The notes beneath the pieces are model-generated. The model did no database searches. It was not told the DNA's origin and was given only the letters and a program-made list of their open reading frames with translations. The position numbers and the translations under genes are program-made. Positions 8,059 through 15,775 of a stretch of DNA of 44,396 nucleotides are shown here, piece after piece. The DNA comes from Acidimicrobiia bacterium (GTDB lineage: Bacteria; Actinomycetota; Acidimicrobiia; Spongiisociales; UBA4744), in assembly GCA_024763085.1 (NCBI GenBank), contig JANTGE010000001.1, positions 1-44,396 of the forward strand, given 5' to 3'. Position 1 is the stretch's first letter, and each line of letters begins with the position of its first letter.

Positions 8059-9379
8059 CCGCCATCACCTCCTTGAGGGCTTCTACATAGCCGTCCATCT
8101 CCTCCTTGGTCCGCTGCTCGGTGACCGCCACGAGCAACCCTCCAGGGAACTCGGGGTAGTCGGAGCTGAGAGGTATGCCGGCGAGGTAGCCACGTTCCGC
8201 CATGGCCTGTACGACGTCGACCGGTTCTTCGGGCAGCAGGATCGCAAACTCGCGAACGAACGGGGCGTCGACGGCGAGGCGGACTCCCGGGAGATCGACG
8301 AGCCGCTCGGCCAGGTAGTGGGCTTTCCGCGCCGACAGTTCGCCGACTCGTTGCAGACCGTCGGGGCCAAGCCAGGCGAGGTGGATACCGGCGGCCATGG
8401 CGTTGAGTGCCTGGTTGGAGCAGATGTTCGACGAAGCCTTGTGCCGTCTGATGTCCTGCTCTCGGGCCCGAAGTGTCATCACATAGGCCGTCGTGCCGTC
8501 ACGATCGACCGTACGCCCCACGATCCGGCCGGGGAGACGCCGCACGTGCTCCTGCTTCAGCGCGAAGATCCCCAACCCTGGCCCTCCGAACGACAGCGGG
8601 CTCCCGAGGGGCTGGCCCTCTCCCACCGCGATGTCGGCGCCGGCGGCCCCCGGCGAGCGCAGCACTCCGAGGGTCATCGGGTCGACCGACACGATGGCGA
8701 GTGCCCCCCGATCGTGGGCCAGGGTGATAGGCGGATCGTAGGGTTCGATCACACCGAGGTAGTTCGGCTGAGCCATCACCACCGCGGCCGGGTCTCCTTC
8801 GGCGTCCGGCGCCCACACGGTGCGCCCGTCGACGAGAGGATGCTCGACCACTTCGAGATTCCGAGCGGTGGCGAAGGTGGCGACAGCTTCCCTGATGCGG
8901 GGTCCGACCCCACGAGAGATCCAGACCGTCGTCCTCCTGGTGGCCTGCACGGCTGCACTGATCGCTTCGACCGTGGCGGTAGCTCCGTCGTACATAGACG
9001 AGTTCGCGATGTCCATCCCTGTGATGGCACAGATCATCGACTGGTATTCGTAGAGGCCCTGCAGCACGCCTTGGGAGACTTCAGGTTGGTAGGGGGTGTA
9101 GGCCGTGACGAATTCGGGCCGTGCCGTGAGGTGCTGCACGACCGGAGGCAGGAAGTGGTCGTAGAAGCCTCCTCCTGCGAAGCATGTCAGCGAGCGGTTC
9201 TGTTGGGCCCATTGAGCGACGAGGCGCTGCACCTCGGGTTCGGCCAACGGATCGCCAATGTGAGCCGTCTCGGAGCGGACCGCTTCTGGCAGGTGTGCGA
9301 AGAGCTCGTCGAGTCCTTCGATGCCGAGCCGATCCATCATGACGGCCAGGTCTGCGTCGGTGTGAGGAGTGAAATCCAT
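8051..9379 (-). CDS. gcvPA: glycine dehydrogenase (aminomethyl-transferring) subunit 1
   Basis: ORF 8051..9424 is trimmed to Met16 (MDFTPHTDADLAVMMDRLG), which lies 2 nt after the gcvT stop. Typical P-protein alpha-subunit blocks are present (YTPYQPE, EISQG-like EVSQG). Confidence 0.93.
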   Translation of the reverse strand: MDFTPHTDADLAVMMDRLGIEGLDELFAHLPEAVRSETAHIGDPLAEPEVQRLVAQWAQQNRSLTCFAGGGFYDHFLPPVVQHLTARPEFVTAYTPYQPEVSQGVLQGLYEYQSMICAITGMDIANSSMYDGATATVEAISAAVQATRRTTVWISRGVGPRIREAVATFATARNLEVVEHPLVDGRTVWAPDAEGDPAAVVMAQPNYLGVIEPYDPPITLAHDRGALAIVSVDPMTLGVLRSPGAAGADIAVGEGQPLGSPLSFGGPGLGIFALKQEHVRRLPGRIVGRTVDRDGTTAYVMTLRAREQDIRRHKASSNICSNQALNAMAAGIHLAWLGPDGLQRVGELSARKAHYLAERLVDLPGVRLAVDAPFVREFAILLPEEPVDVVQAMAERGYLAGIPLSSDYPEFPGGLLVAVTEQRTKEEMDGYVEALKEVMADA

Positions 9380-9381
9380 TG

Positions 9382-10428
9382 CTATCCCTTGAACGGTGGC
9401 TTCTTGCGTTCTACCGGTATCCACTCGCCGCGAACCTCCACCTCGATGGTGCTGTCCGCGTCGATGGGTGGGGCCAGGTACCCCATGCCGATGCCTCGTC
9501 CCAGCGTAGGGCTGAAGTTGCCGCTGGCGACGCTCCCGGTCGACGATTCCGACCGCATCGGGTATCCGTGCCTGGCGATCTTGCGTCCGGGCATGACGAA
9601 CCCCTCGAGTTTCTTCCGCAGCCCTGTGTTCCGCTCTTGTTCGAGGGCAGCTTTGCCCACGAAGTCATGGTCCCAGGCGACAACCCAACCGAGGTCGGCC
9701 TCGAGTGGCGTGGTCTCCGGGTCGAGGTCTTGGCCATACAGCGGATAGCCCATCTCGAGGCGAAGGGTGTCTCTCGAACCGAGTCCGCAGGCGGTGGCAC
9801 CGGCGTCCAGCAGCGCGGCGAAGAGGTCGGAAGCAGCCTCGGCCTCCACGACGATCTCTCCCCCTCGTTCACCGGTATAGCCGGTGCCGGCAACGGCGAC
9901 AGATCGACCATGAAAGGTGCCTTCGCCGAGACGGAAGCGACCTGGCACAACGCCGAGTACGGACTCGAAGATGGCTGGGGATTCGGGACCTTGGAGTGCC
10001 AGCATGGCGGTGTTCGTTCTGATGGGCTCGATAGAGACGCCGGAAGGCGCTGCGGCGGCGAAGCGGGCTCGAATAGCGTCGTCGTTGGCCCCGTTCGGGA
10101 TCACCCAGTAGCGATCGGTGTCCCATCGCCAGACGATGATGTCATCCAGCACTCCCCCGTCCTCGTTGAGCGACATGGTGTACTGGGCTCTGCCGGGTTC
10201 GATGTGGGTGATGTTGTTGCACAGCAGCTCGAGGAGCAGGTCGGTGCTGCCTGGCCCCTCGACGGAGAACCTCCCCAGATGTGAAACGTCGAACACGCCT
10301 GCATGGTTGCGGACCGCCTCATGCTCGGCGATCACGCCTACATACTGGACGGGCATCTCCCAGCCGGCGAAGTCGACGAACCGGGCTCCGAGCCTGACGT
10401 GGTCTTCATGCAGCGGTGAATGAGGCAT
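9382..10428 (-). CDS. gcvT: glycine cleavage system aminomethyltransferase T
   Basis: 348 aa. Contains LHEDHVRLGARFVDFAGWEMPVQY and GVFDVSHLGRF. A strong SD (AGGAGGAAGG) lies upstream. Confidence 0.95.
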   Translation of the reverse strand: MPHSPLHEDHVRLGARFVDFAGWEMPVQYVGVIAEHEAVRNHAGVFDVSHLGRFSVEGPGSTDLLLELLCNNITHIEPGRAQYTMSLNEDGGVLDDIIVWRWDTDRYWVIPNGANDDAIRARFAAAAPSGVSIEPIRTNTAMLALQGPESPAIFESVLGVVPGRFRLGEGTFHGRSVAVAGTGYTGERGGEIVVEAEAASDLFAALLDAGATACGLGSRDTLRLEMGYPLYGQDLDPETTPLEADLGWVVAWDHDFVGKAALEQERNTGLRKKLEGFVMPGRKIARHGYPMRSESSTGSVASGNFSPTLGRGIGMGYLAPPIDADSTIEVEVRGEWIPVERKKPPFKG

Positions 10429-10459
10429 GCCGCCTTCCTCCTGGCTCGCGAATACTGCC

Positions 10460-10465
10460 AGCTTA
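10460..10465 (-). promoter_or_regulatory. putative -10 hexamer TAAGCT for the gcvT-PA-PB unit
   Basis: Minus sense reads GTCTAAGCTGGCAG about 30 nt upstream of the gcvT ATG. The same 9-mer precedes gcvH. Confidence 0.3.
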
Positions 10466-10483
10466 GACTGCCGGCGGTGTGGG

Positions 10484-10966
10484 TCAGCCGGCGTCGGCGA
10501 CGTCGTCGACCGGTACGACTTCGGGTCTCCCCGGAAGGCGTTTCGGAACCGGAGTCTCTTCCATCTGGTCCGGATCCTCCAGCCCGTATTTGACGAGCAG
10601 TTGGAGGTAGTCCCGTTGGTAGAAGATCTTGCAGGTCACGTCCGGGTAGAGCTCTCTGAGCCGGCGTACCTTCCGGTTCTTCTTGGTGACGAGTCGCTGG
10701 TTCATCGTGGTGATCTCGATGAACGTGTCTTCTGCCGGCAGATAGAAGTCGGGAGCGAAGTAGCCGGTCGGGTTCCCCTCGTCGTCGAAGGCGATCGGGA
10801 ACGCCTTGGGTTCATACTCCCACTCGATGCCATAGAAGTCGAGGAGTCGGGCGAACTGCCGTTCGCTGTTGTGAGCGAACGCCTCTGTCTCGGCGCGGCC
10901 GCGCCCGAACGTCTCGTCTTGGCTCAGAGCCGGGCCTCCTGCACGTCGACATTCTCTTCGGTCCAC
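10484..10966 (-). CDS. conserved-looking hypothetical protein (possible PD-(D/E)xK-like fold); start uncertain
   Basis: The downstream part of ORF 10484..11341 has protein-like composition (FARLLDFYGIEWEYEPKAFPIAFDDEGNPTGYFAPDFYLPAEDTFIEITT..). The nearest canonical start is GTG 10966, which overlaps merR by 43 nt. An SD-preceded CTG at 10927 overlaps the merR stop. Confidence 0.55.
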   Translation of the reverse strand: MDRRECRRAGGPALSQDETFGRGRAETEAFAHNSERQFARLLDFYGIEWEYEPKAFPIAFDDEGNPTGYFAPDFYLPAEDTFIEITTMNQRLVTKKNRKVRRLRELYPDVTCKIFYQRDYLQLLVKYGLEDPDQMEETPVPKRLPGRPEVVPVDDVADAG

Positions 10967-11370
10967 AGTTCGTGGATCTGGCCTTCGAGTTCCTCCTGCA
11001 CCGGGCCGATGGCGATGCCGAATACTCCCTGGCCACGACGGAACACATCGACGACTTCTTCCGCACTGTGTGCGGCGTAAATGGTCTGCCCGTCGGAGAG
11101 GAGGGTGACGTCGACCAGGTCGGATTGGAGTTGGTTCCTGAGGATGTCGATCGCCTGGCGGATCTTCTTCAAACTCATGCCTGCGTCGAGGAGCCGCTTG
11201 ATGACCTTGAGTTGGACCACATCGGTAAATGAGTACAGGCGCTGGGTGCCGGATCCGTGGGCGGAGCGGATCGACGGCTTCAAGAGTCCGGTTCGGGCCC
11301 AATAGTCGAGCTGCCGATAAGTGATGCCCACCAGGTTGCACACCTGCGGGGCGCGAAAGGCCTCTTCCAT
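10924..11370 (-). CDS. MerR family transcriptional regulator
   Basis: N-terminal HTH (VCNLVGITYRQLDYWARTGLLKPS..GSGTQRLYSFTDV). SD GGAGG lies upstream. Confidence 0.85.
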   Translation of the reverse strand: MEEAFRAPQVCNLVGITYRQLDYWARTGLLKPSIRSAHGSGTQRLYSFTDVVQLKVIKRLLDAGMSLKKIRQAIDILRNQLQSDLVDVTLLSDGQTIYAAHSAEEVVDVFRRGQGVFGIAIGPVQEELEGQIHELWTEENVDVQEARL

Positions 11371-11407
11371 ATCGCCTCCAGGTTACACGCGAGTAATTCG
11401 AGACACC

Positions 11408-11437
11408 AAGCTACTCGGCGTGCGGACGAGTTGTCAA
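11408..11437 (-). promoter_or_regulatory. putative promoter (TTGACA -18 nt- TAGCTT) with a 14-bp palindrome over the -35
   Basis: Minus sense reads TTGACA (11432-11437) and TAGCTT (11408-11413). The palindrome AGTTGT-CA-ACAACT spans 11429-11442. This is the least GC-rich stretch of the window. Confidence 0.4.
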
Positions 11438-11454
11438 CAACTTCTGTGGATAAC

Positions 11455-12453
11455 TCACGCCGCTTCGAGGAGTGCGCCCAGCCGGTTGAGCTGATCGCCG
11501 TTCCCGACGGCCACGACGACGGTTCCCGGTTCCAAGACCACCTCGGGGCTCGGATTGAAGAACAGCTGGCGACCTGTCTTGTCTTCGAGGGCGAGCACCA
11601 AAGCCCCGGACTTCCGTCGAATGCCTGCTTCGCGCAGCGTCTTGCCGGCCACTTCGCAGTTCGGTCCAACCGTGAAGCGCTGCACCCGGAACTCGACGGG
11701 TGCTCCCCGCACCACCAGATCGATCACATCGGCCAGGTCGGGCTGCGTGACCAGCGAGGCGATGCGGCGGGCTCCGACCACCTGGGGAGCGACGACCCGG
11801 TCGGCGCCGGCCTTGGTGAGCTTGTGTTCTGCCTCGACGTCAGAGGCCCGTGCGACGATTCGTACCTTGGGGTTGAGCGCCTTGGCCGACAGGCTGATCA
11901 CCAGGTTGTCTGAGTCGGCGTTGACGCATGCCACGACGGCGTCGGCCCGCCGCACGCCTGCTTCTTCGAGGATCTCATCTCTGGTCGCGTCGCCTTCTAC
12001 GACGAGCGCCCCGGCTTCTCGAGCGCTTTCGGCGATCTGGGCGTCCTGCTCCACGACCAACGTGGGAACACCGTGCTGTTCGAGGATCTCCCATACCGAC
12101 GAACCGATGCGGCCCCAGCCGCAGACGATCGTGTGTCGGTCGAGATGCTCGATCTGCCGGTGCATACGCCTCCTTTGCCGCTCTGTGAGGTTCTCCACCG
12201 CCGCTTCCAGGAAGGCGGCGCCGGTTACCGCCAGCGTACTCACCCCGGACACGATCACGATCATCGTGAACACTCGACCGGCATGCGACAGGGGCACGAC
12301 TTCGGAGAACCCCACGGTCGACAAGGTGATCACTGCCATGTAGAGGGCGTCGAGCGGATTGGCGCCTTCGATGACGATGTAGCCCACGGTGGCTACGACG
12401 AGCACCCCGGTGAAAATGGCGGCGCCGATCTGCATCCGGCGGGCGGGTGTCAT
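11455..12453 (-). CDS. 2-TM pore-loop cation channel with RCK (TrkA-N/TrkA-C) domains
   Basis: Two N-terminal hydrophobic helices flank the pore sequence TLSTVGFSE. These are followed by IVCGWGRIGSSV (a Rossmann GxGxxG) and a TrkA-C-like tail. The ATG overlaps the upstream TGA by 1 nt. Confidence 0.85.
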   Translation of the reverse strand: MTPARRMQIGAAIFTGVLVVATVGYIVIEGANPLDALYMAVITLSTVGFSEVVPLSHAGRVFTMIVIVSGVSTLAVTGAAFLEAAVENLTERQRRRMHRQIEHLDRHTIVCGWGRIGSSVWEILEQHGVPTLVVEQDAQIAESAREAGALVVEGDATRDEILEEAGVRRADAVVACVNADSDNLVISLSAKALNPKVRIVARASDVEAEHKLTKAGADRVVAPQVVGARRIASLVTQPDLADVIDLVVRGAPVEFRVQRFTVGPNCEVAGKTLREAGIRRKSGALVLALEDKTGRQLFFNPSPEVVLEPGTVVVAVGNGDQLNRLGALLEAA

Positions 12454-12950
12454 CAGCTCGGTGGCCCGGCCTCGAAGTCCTCTGGCTCGACGTCCTCGAG
12501 GAATTCCCGGAACTTTTCGATCTCGTCTTCCTCGTCTTCGTCTCGAATCTCGATCCCGGCCTCGTCGAGCACCTGCGAGGCTGCGAAGACCGGGGCTCCT
12601 GTCCGGGCCACCAGGGCCAGTGCGTCCGATGGTCTCGACGACACGTGGATCTCTGCACCGTCACGATCCAACACCAGATCCGCATAGAACACGGCGTCTC
12701 GCAGCTCGGTGATCACCACGCGCGACACCGTCGCGCCGAGCGCCTCGATGACGTTCTCGAGGAGATCGTGCGTGAGCGGGCGCTGCGGCACGATGCCCTC
12801 CATCGCATAGGCGATGGCGGTCGCCTCTACCGCACCGATCCAGATCGGCACGAATCGTTCTCCGGCCGTTTCTCGCAGCAACACGACCGGCGTGTTGGTG
12901 GGGAGCTGGAGGCGCACCCCCACGAGTTCCATCGGGATGTTGTCGGTCAC
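12453..12950 (-). CDS. bifunctional nuclease family protein (DUF151)
   Basis: Contains VGVRLQLPTNTPVVLLRE...RFVPIWIGAVEATAIAYAMEG..RPLTHDLL, the family signature. Confidence 0.85.
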   Translation of the reverse strand: MTDNIPMELVGVRLQLPTNTPVVLLRETAGERFVPIWIGAVEATAIAYAMEGIVPQRPLTHDLLENVIEALGATVSRVVITELRDAVFYADLVLDRDGAEIHVSSRPSDALALVARTGAPVFAASQVLDEAGIEIRDEDEEDEIEKFREFLEDVEPEDFEAGPPS

Positions 12951-12962
12951 GCCTTCAGGTTA

Positions 12963-13523
12963 TCACCGGCCGTAGGTGAGGCGTGCGAGGCGGTCGGGGT
13001 CGTCGGTCAGGCTTTGCAGGTTCAGCACGGCCCACAACGATGACAGGTTGCGGTAGCGCCCTTGCCAGTCCAAACCGTATCCGAGCAAGAACTCATCGCC
13101 CACTTCGAACCCTCGATACTCGAGCGGAACTTCGACGATGCGCCTGGCTGCCTTGTCGAGCAGGGTTGCCGTCGCGATCGATGCCACATCCCTGGCTTCG
13201 AGAAGCCGGTGGAGGAACGACAGCGTCAACCCGGTGTCGACGATGTCTTCGACAAGGATGACATGTCGCCCCTCGAGCGGCGTCTCGGTGTCCATGGCGA
13301 TCCTCGCGCGTCCACCTTCTCCGAACCGGTTCAGTGCAAGGAAGTCGAACTCGCAGCTCATCGTGAGATGCTTCGCCAGATCAGCAAGAAATGGCAGCGC
13401 ACCGAACAGCACCCCGACCAGCACCGGCTCTTTGCCTTCGTAGTCGTCCGAGATGCGCGCCGCCAGGTCCTCCACTCGGCGAAGGATGCTGGACGCTTCG
13501 ACCACTTCGACGAAATCAGCCAT
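12963..13523 (-). CDS. hpt: hypoxanthine phosphoribosyltransferase
   Basis: Contains VLVGVLFGALPF and the PRPP loop VILVEDIVDTGLTL. Confidence 0.9.
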   Translation of the reverse strand: MADFVEVVEASSILRRVEDLAARISDDYEGKEPVLVGVLFGALPFLADLAKHLTMSCEFDFLALNRFGEGGRARIAMDTETPLEGRHVILVEDIVDTGLTLSFLHRLLEARDVASIATATLLDKAARRIVEVPLEYRGFEVGDEFLLGYGLDWQGRYRNLSSLWAVLNLQSLTDDPDRLARLTYGR

Positions 13524-14565
13524 TGCCGGTCAGCCACGTCCAATACCGTTTCACCCATTCGACGGCGTCGCCCATCGACGGTGGCACTCCCCCGCCGCGG
13601 GTCGCCTCGGCTTGTGCCACCTGAGTCGGCGACGGCGTTGTCGTCTCCACCGGCGGCTCTGAGGCTGCCGTTGTGTGGGCGACGTAGGAGACCCCTTTGG
13701 AGACCTGTTGTACGACTCCGTATTGGGCGAAGCCGTAGTCGAGCAGTGCCGTCGCGTCGGTGAAGTGGTCTGCAGATCCCATGACGACGGTGTACAGGCG
13801 TCTGCCGTCGCGCTCGGCTCCCGCCACCAGCACCAGTCCGGCCAGATTGGTGAATCCGGTCTTGACGCCGAAGGCTCCCGGATAGGAACCCAGGAGCTGG
13901 TTGGTCGTCTGGGCAATCCGTTCGGTTCCATCAGGGGCCGGTGGCAGCACGGCTGTCTGCGTGCCGACCAGCTCCGCAAACACCGGGTCCTCCATGGCGA
14001 CCAGGGTGAGTTCGAGGAGCTCCCTGGCCGTCGTGAAATGCCCGGGTGCGTCGAGCCCGTGGGGATTGGCGTAGCTCGTCTGACGGAGCCCCAATTCGAG
14101 CGCCTTCTCGTTCATCAGTTCGACGAAGTGCTGCTGGGTGCCGCCGACGTACTCTGCGACCGCCTCCGCGGCATCGTTCGCCGACCTGACGAGCATCGCG
14201 GTGAGGAGTTGACGGAGCGTCCAGACTTCCCCGGCTTCCAAACCGATCTCGGCTTCTCCTATGTCGGCTGCGCTTGATGAGATCAGCACCGGATCGTCGA
14301 GGTTGCCACGTTCGAGAGCGAGGAGCGCCGTCATGATCTTGGTCGTGGATGCCATCGGCCTCGGCGTGTCGGCCATGTGGTCCGCCAGGACCCGACCGTA
14401 GGTGTCGTCGTACAAGATCCAGCTCGAGGCGGTCACCTCCGGTGGCGCACCTGCGTAGAGGCCCCACACGGGAGATGGCGGTGCGGCGACGGGGGTGGCC
14501 ACGGCCGGGGCCGCGCCCAGGAGAATCAGCACCGCCAAGAGCGGCGCTACGACTCGACGCATCAC
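13516..14565 (-). CDS. D-alanyl-D-alanine carboxypeptidase (S11 serine peptidase), secreted
   Basis: Signal peptide MMRRVVAPLLAVLILLGAAPAVA. Motifs SxxK (ASTTK), SxN (SAND) and KTG (KTGFT) are present. Confidence 0.85.
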   Translation of the reverse strand: MMRRVVAPLLAVLILLGAAPAVATPVAAPPSPVWGLYAGAPPEVTASSWILYDDTYGRVLADHMADTPRPMASTTKIMTALLALERGNLDDPVLISSSAADIGEAEIGLEAGEVWTLRQLLTAMLVRSANDAAEAVAEYVGGTQQHFVELMNEKALELGLRQTSYANPHGLDAPGHFTTARELLELTLVAMEDPVFAELVGTQTAVLPPAPDGTERIAQTTNQLLGSYPGAFGVKTGFTNLAGLVLVAGAERDGRRLYTVVMGSADHFTDATALLDYGFAQYGVVQQVSKGVSYVAHTTAASEPPVETTTPSPTQVAQAEATRGGGVPPSMGDAVEWVKRYWTWLTGNG

Positions 14566-15245
14566 TCCCCCATCACCTCGCGCAGTCCTTCGGCAACCAT
14601 GGCGGCCCGCATCTTGCCGATGGCGTCTGCGGCTCCGGCGAGTATCTCCGCGGCACGTTGCCGACCTTCCGGGCTGCGCGACCGGAGCAAGGGAAGCACG
14701 AGCGCGTCGAGGAGTTCGAAGTCTCGCTCAGAAGACAGACGGATACTCCTGAGGTGTCGGGCTTCCAGCCCGTAGGCCATCAACCGCTGCGCCTGGACTG
14801 CCACGGCGACCTCTTCGGGAGCGTAGCGTTCGGGGGGTTCCTCGAGCGGTACCAGGACGTGATGTTCCACGAGGTCGGAGACCTGTCTCGATGACAGCCC
14901 ACTCGTCCTGCGAAGTTCGTCCCGGTCGACCGGTGCTCCCGACGGCGCGAAGAGTTGATCTGGTGGCGGGCCCGAGGGTGCCGGCACGGGTGTTTCTTCA
15001 CCGCGTTCCCACATGGTGAGTTTCGATTTGATCACCTTGAGTGGCAGGAAGTGGTCGCGCTGCTGCTGGAGGATGTATCGAAGCCGCGCGACGTCGTCGT
15101 CGTCGAACAGTCGGTAGCCCGATGGACTGCGTCGCGGGCTGATCAGCCCCTGGCTCTCGAGGAACCGGACTTTCGAGACGGTGACATCGGGGAACTCCTC
15201 CCGGAGCAGCGAGATCACCTCGCCGATCGAGAGGCCCTCATGCAT
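14562..15245 (-). CDS. MerR family transcriptional regulator (FtsR/Rv1828-like position)
   Basis: HTH block LSIGEVISLL..VSKVRFLESQGLISPRRSPSGYRLF. ATG 15245 overlaps the FHA gene stop by 8 nt; the track start at 15257 is a TTG. Confidence 0.85.
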   Translation of the reverse strand: MHEGLSIGEVISLLREEFPDVTVSKVRFLESQGLISPRRSPSGYRLFDDDDVARLRYILQQQRDHFLPLKVIKSKLTMWERGEETPVPAPSGPPPDQLFAPSGAPVDRDELRRTSGLSSRQVSDLVEHHVLVPLEEPPERYAPEEVAVAVQAQRLMAYGLEARHLRSIRLSSERDFELLDALVLPLLRSRSPEGRQRAAEILAGAADAIGKMRAAMVAEGLREVMGE

Positions 15246-15678
15246 GGCCGGAGGCAACGACCAGACGGAACTTGCCCACGATCACTTCATCGCCGGGGGC
15301 AAGGTGGGCCCGGTCTACTCGTTCGCCGTTCACATAGGTGCCGTTCGTCGAGCCGGAATCTTCGACGGTGAGGCCGGAGGCGTCGAGGATGAGCCGGCAG
15401 TGATGACGCGACACGGTGATGTCATCGAGGAAGATGTCGGAGTCGGGATGTCTACCTACGGTGGTGACTCCTTCTTTGAGCACCCAACCGAGTCCGGCTC
15501 TGGGTCCGCGTTCTACGACGAGGGCAAAGCCCTCGGTGATCGACTCGACGGACGGCTGCGCCGGTTCGGCGACCTCGGGGACGAACGTGACGGTTGGTTC
15601 GTGTTCGATCTCGAGGCCGCACGTCGGACAGGTGACGGCGTCGTTGGGAATCTCCGCATGGCAGTTGGGGCAACGCAT
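15238..15678 (-). CDS. zinc-ribbon plus FHA domain protein (GarA/OdhI-like position)
   Basis: N-terminal CPNC..(10)..CPTC. The C-terminal FHA core is TVGRHPDSDIFLDDITVSRHHC..STNGTYVNG. Confidence 0.87.
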   Translation of the reverse strand: MRCPNCHAEIPNDAVTCPTCGLEIEHEPTVTFVPEVAEPAQPSVESITEGFALVVERGPRAGLGWVLKEGVTTVGRHPDSDIFLDDITVSRHHCRLILDASGLTVEDSGSTNGTYVNGERVDRAHLAPGDEVIVGKFRLVVASGHA

Positions 15679-15684
15679 GGCCTC

Positions 15685-15690
15685 ATGCTA
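15685..15690 (-). promoter_or_regulatory. putative -10 hexamer TAGCAT, 6 nt upstream of the FHA gene ATG (leaderless geometry)
   Basis: Minus sense reads TAGCAT-GAGGCC-ATG. Confidence 0.35.
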
Positions 15691-15775
15691 GCGGTGCACG
15701 CATCCCTCGATGTGCTCGAGTATCTGTGCCTCCGAGGCAGCCGTCTTCGGGAGCCGACTTCCGGTGGGGCTATGC

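Noticed and set aside
7925-9748. 607-aa plus-strand ORF. Similar very long ORFs occur at 21080..22639 (519 aa), 25456..26919 (487 aa), 40129..42582 (817 aa) and 17788..18753 (321 aa).
   Set aside because: All lie antisense to, or out of frame with, genes that have unmistakable family signatures (gcvPA/gcvT, SBP, der, rhomboid/HAD, ABC ATPase). Their translations are Arg/Gly/Pro/His-rich low-information strings, typical of stop-poor alternative frames in high-GC DNA.
10429-10483. Possible glycine riboswitch upstream of gcvT
   Set aside because: Only 55 nt separate gcvT from the upstream gene, and the putative -10 leaves a leader of about 30 nt. That is too short for even a single glycine aptamer, and I could not recognise the conserved aptamer core by eye. 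A covariance-model scan would be the decisive check.
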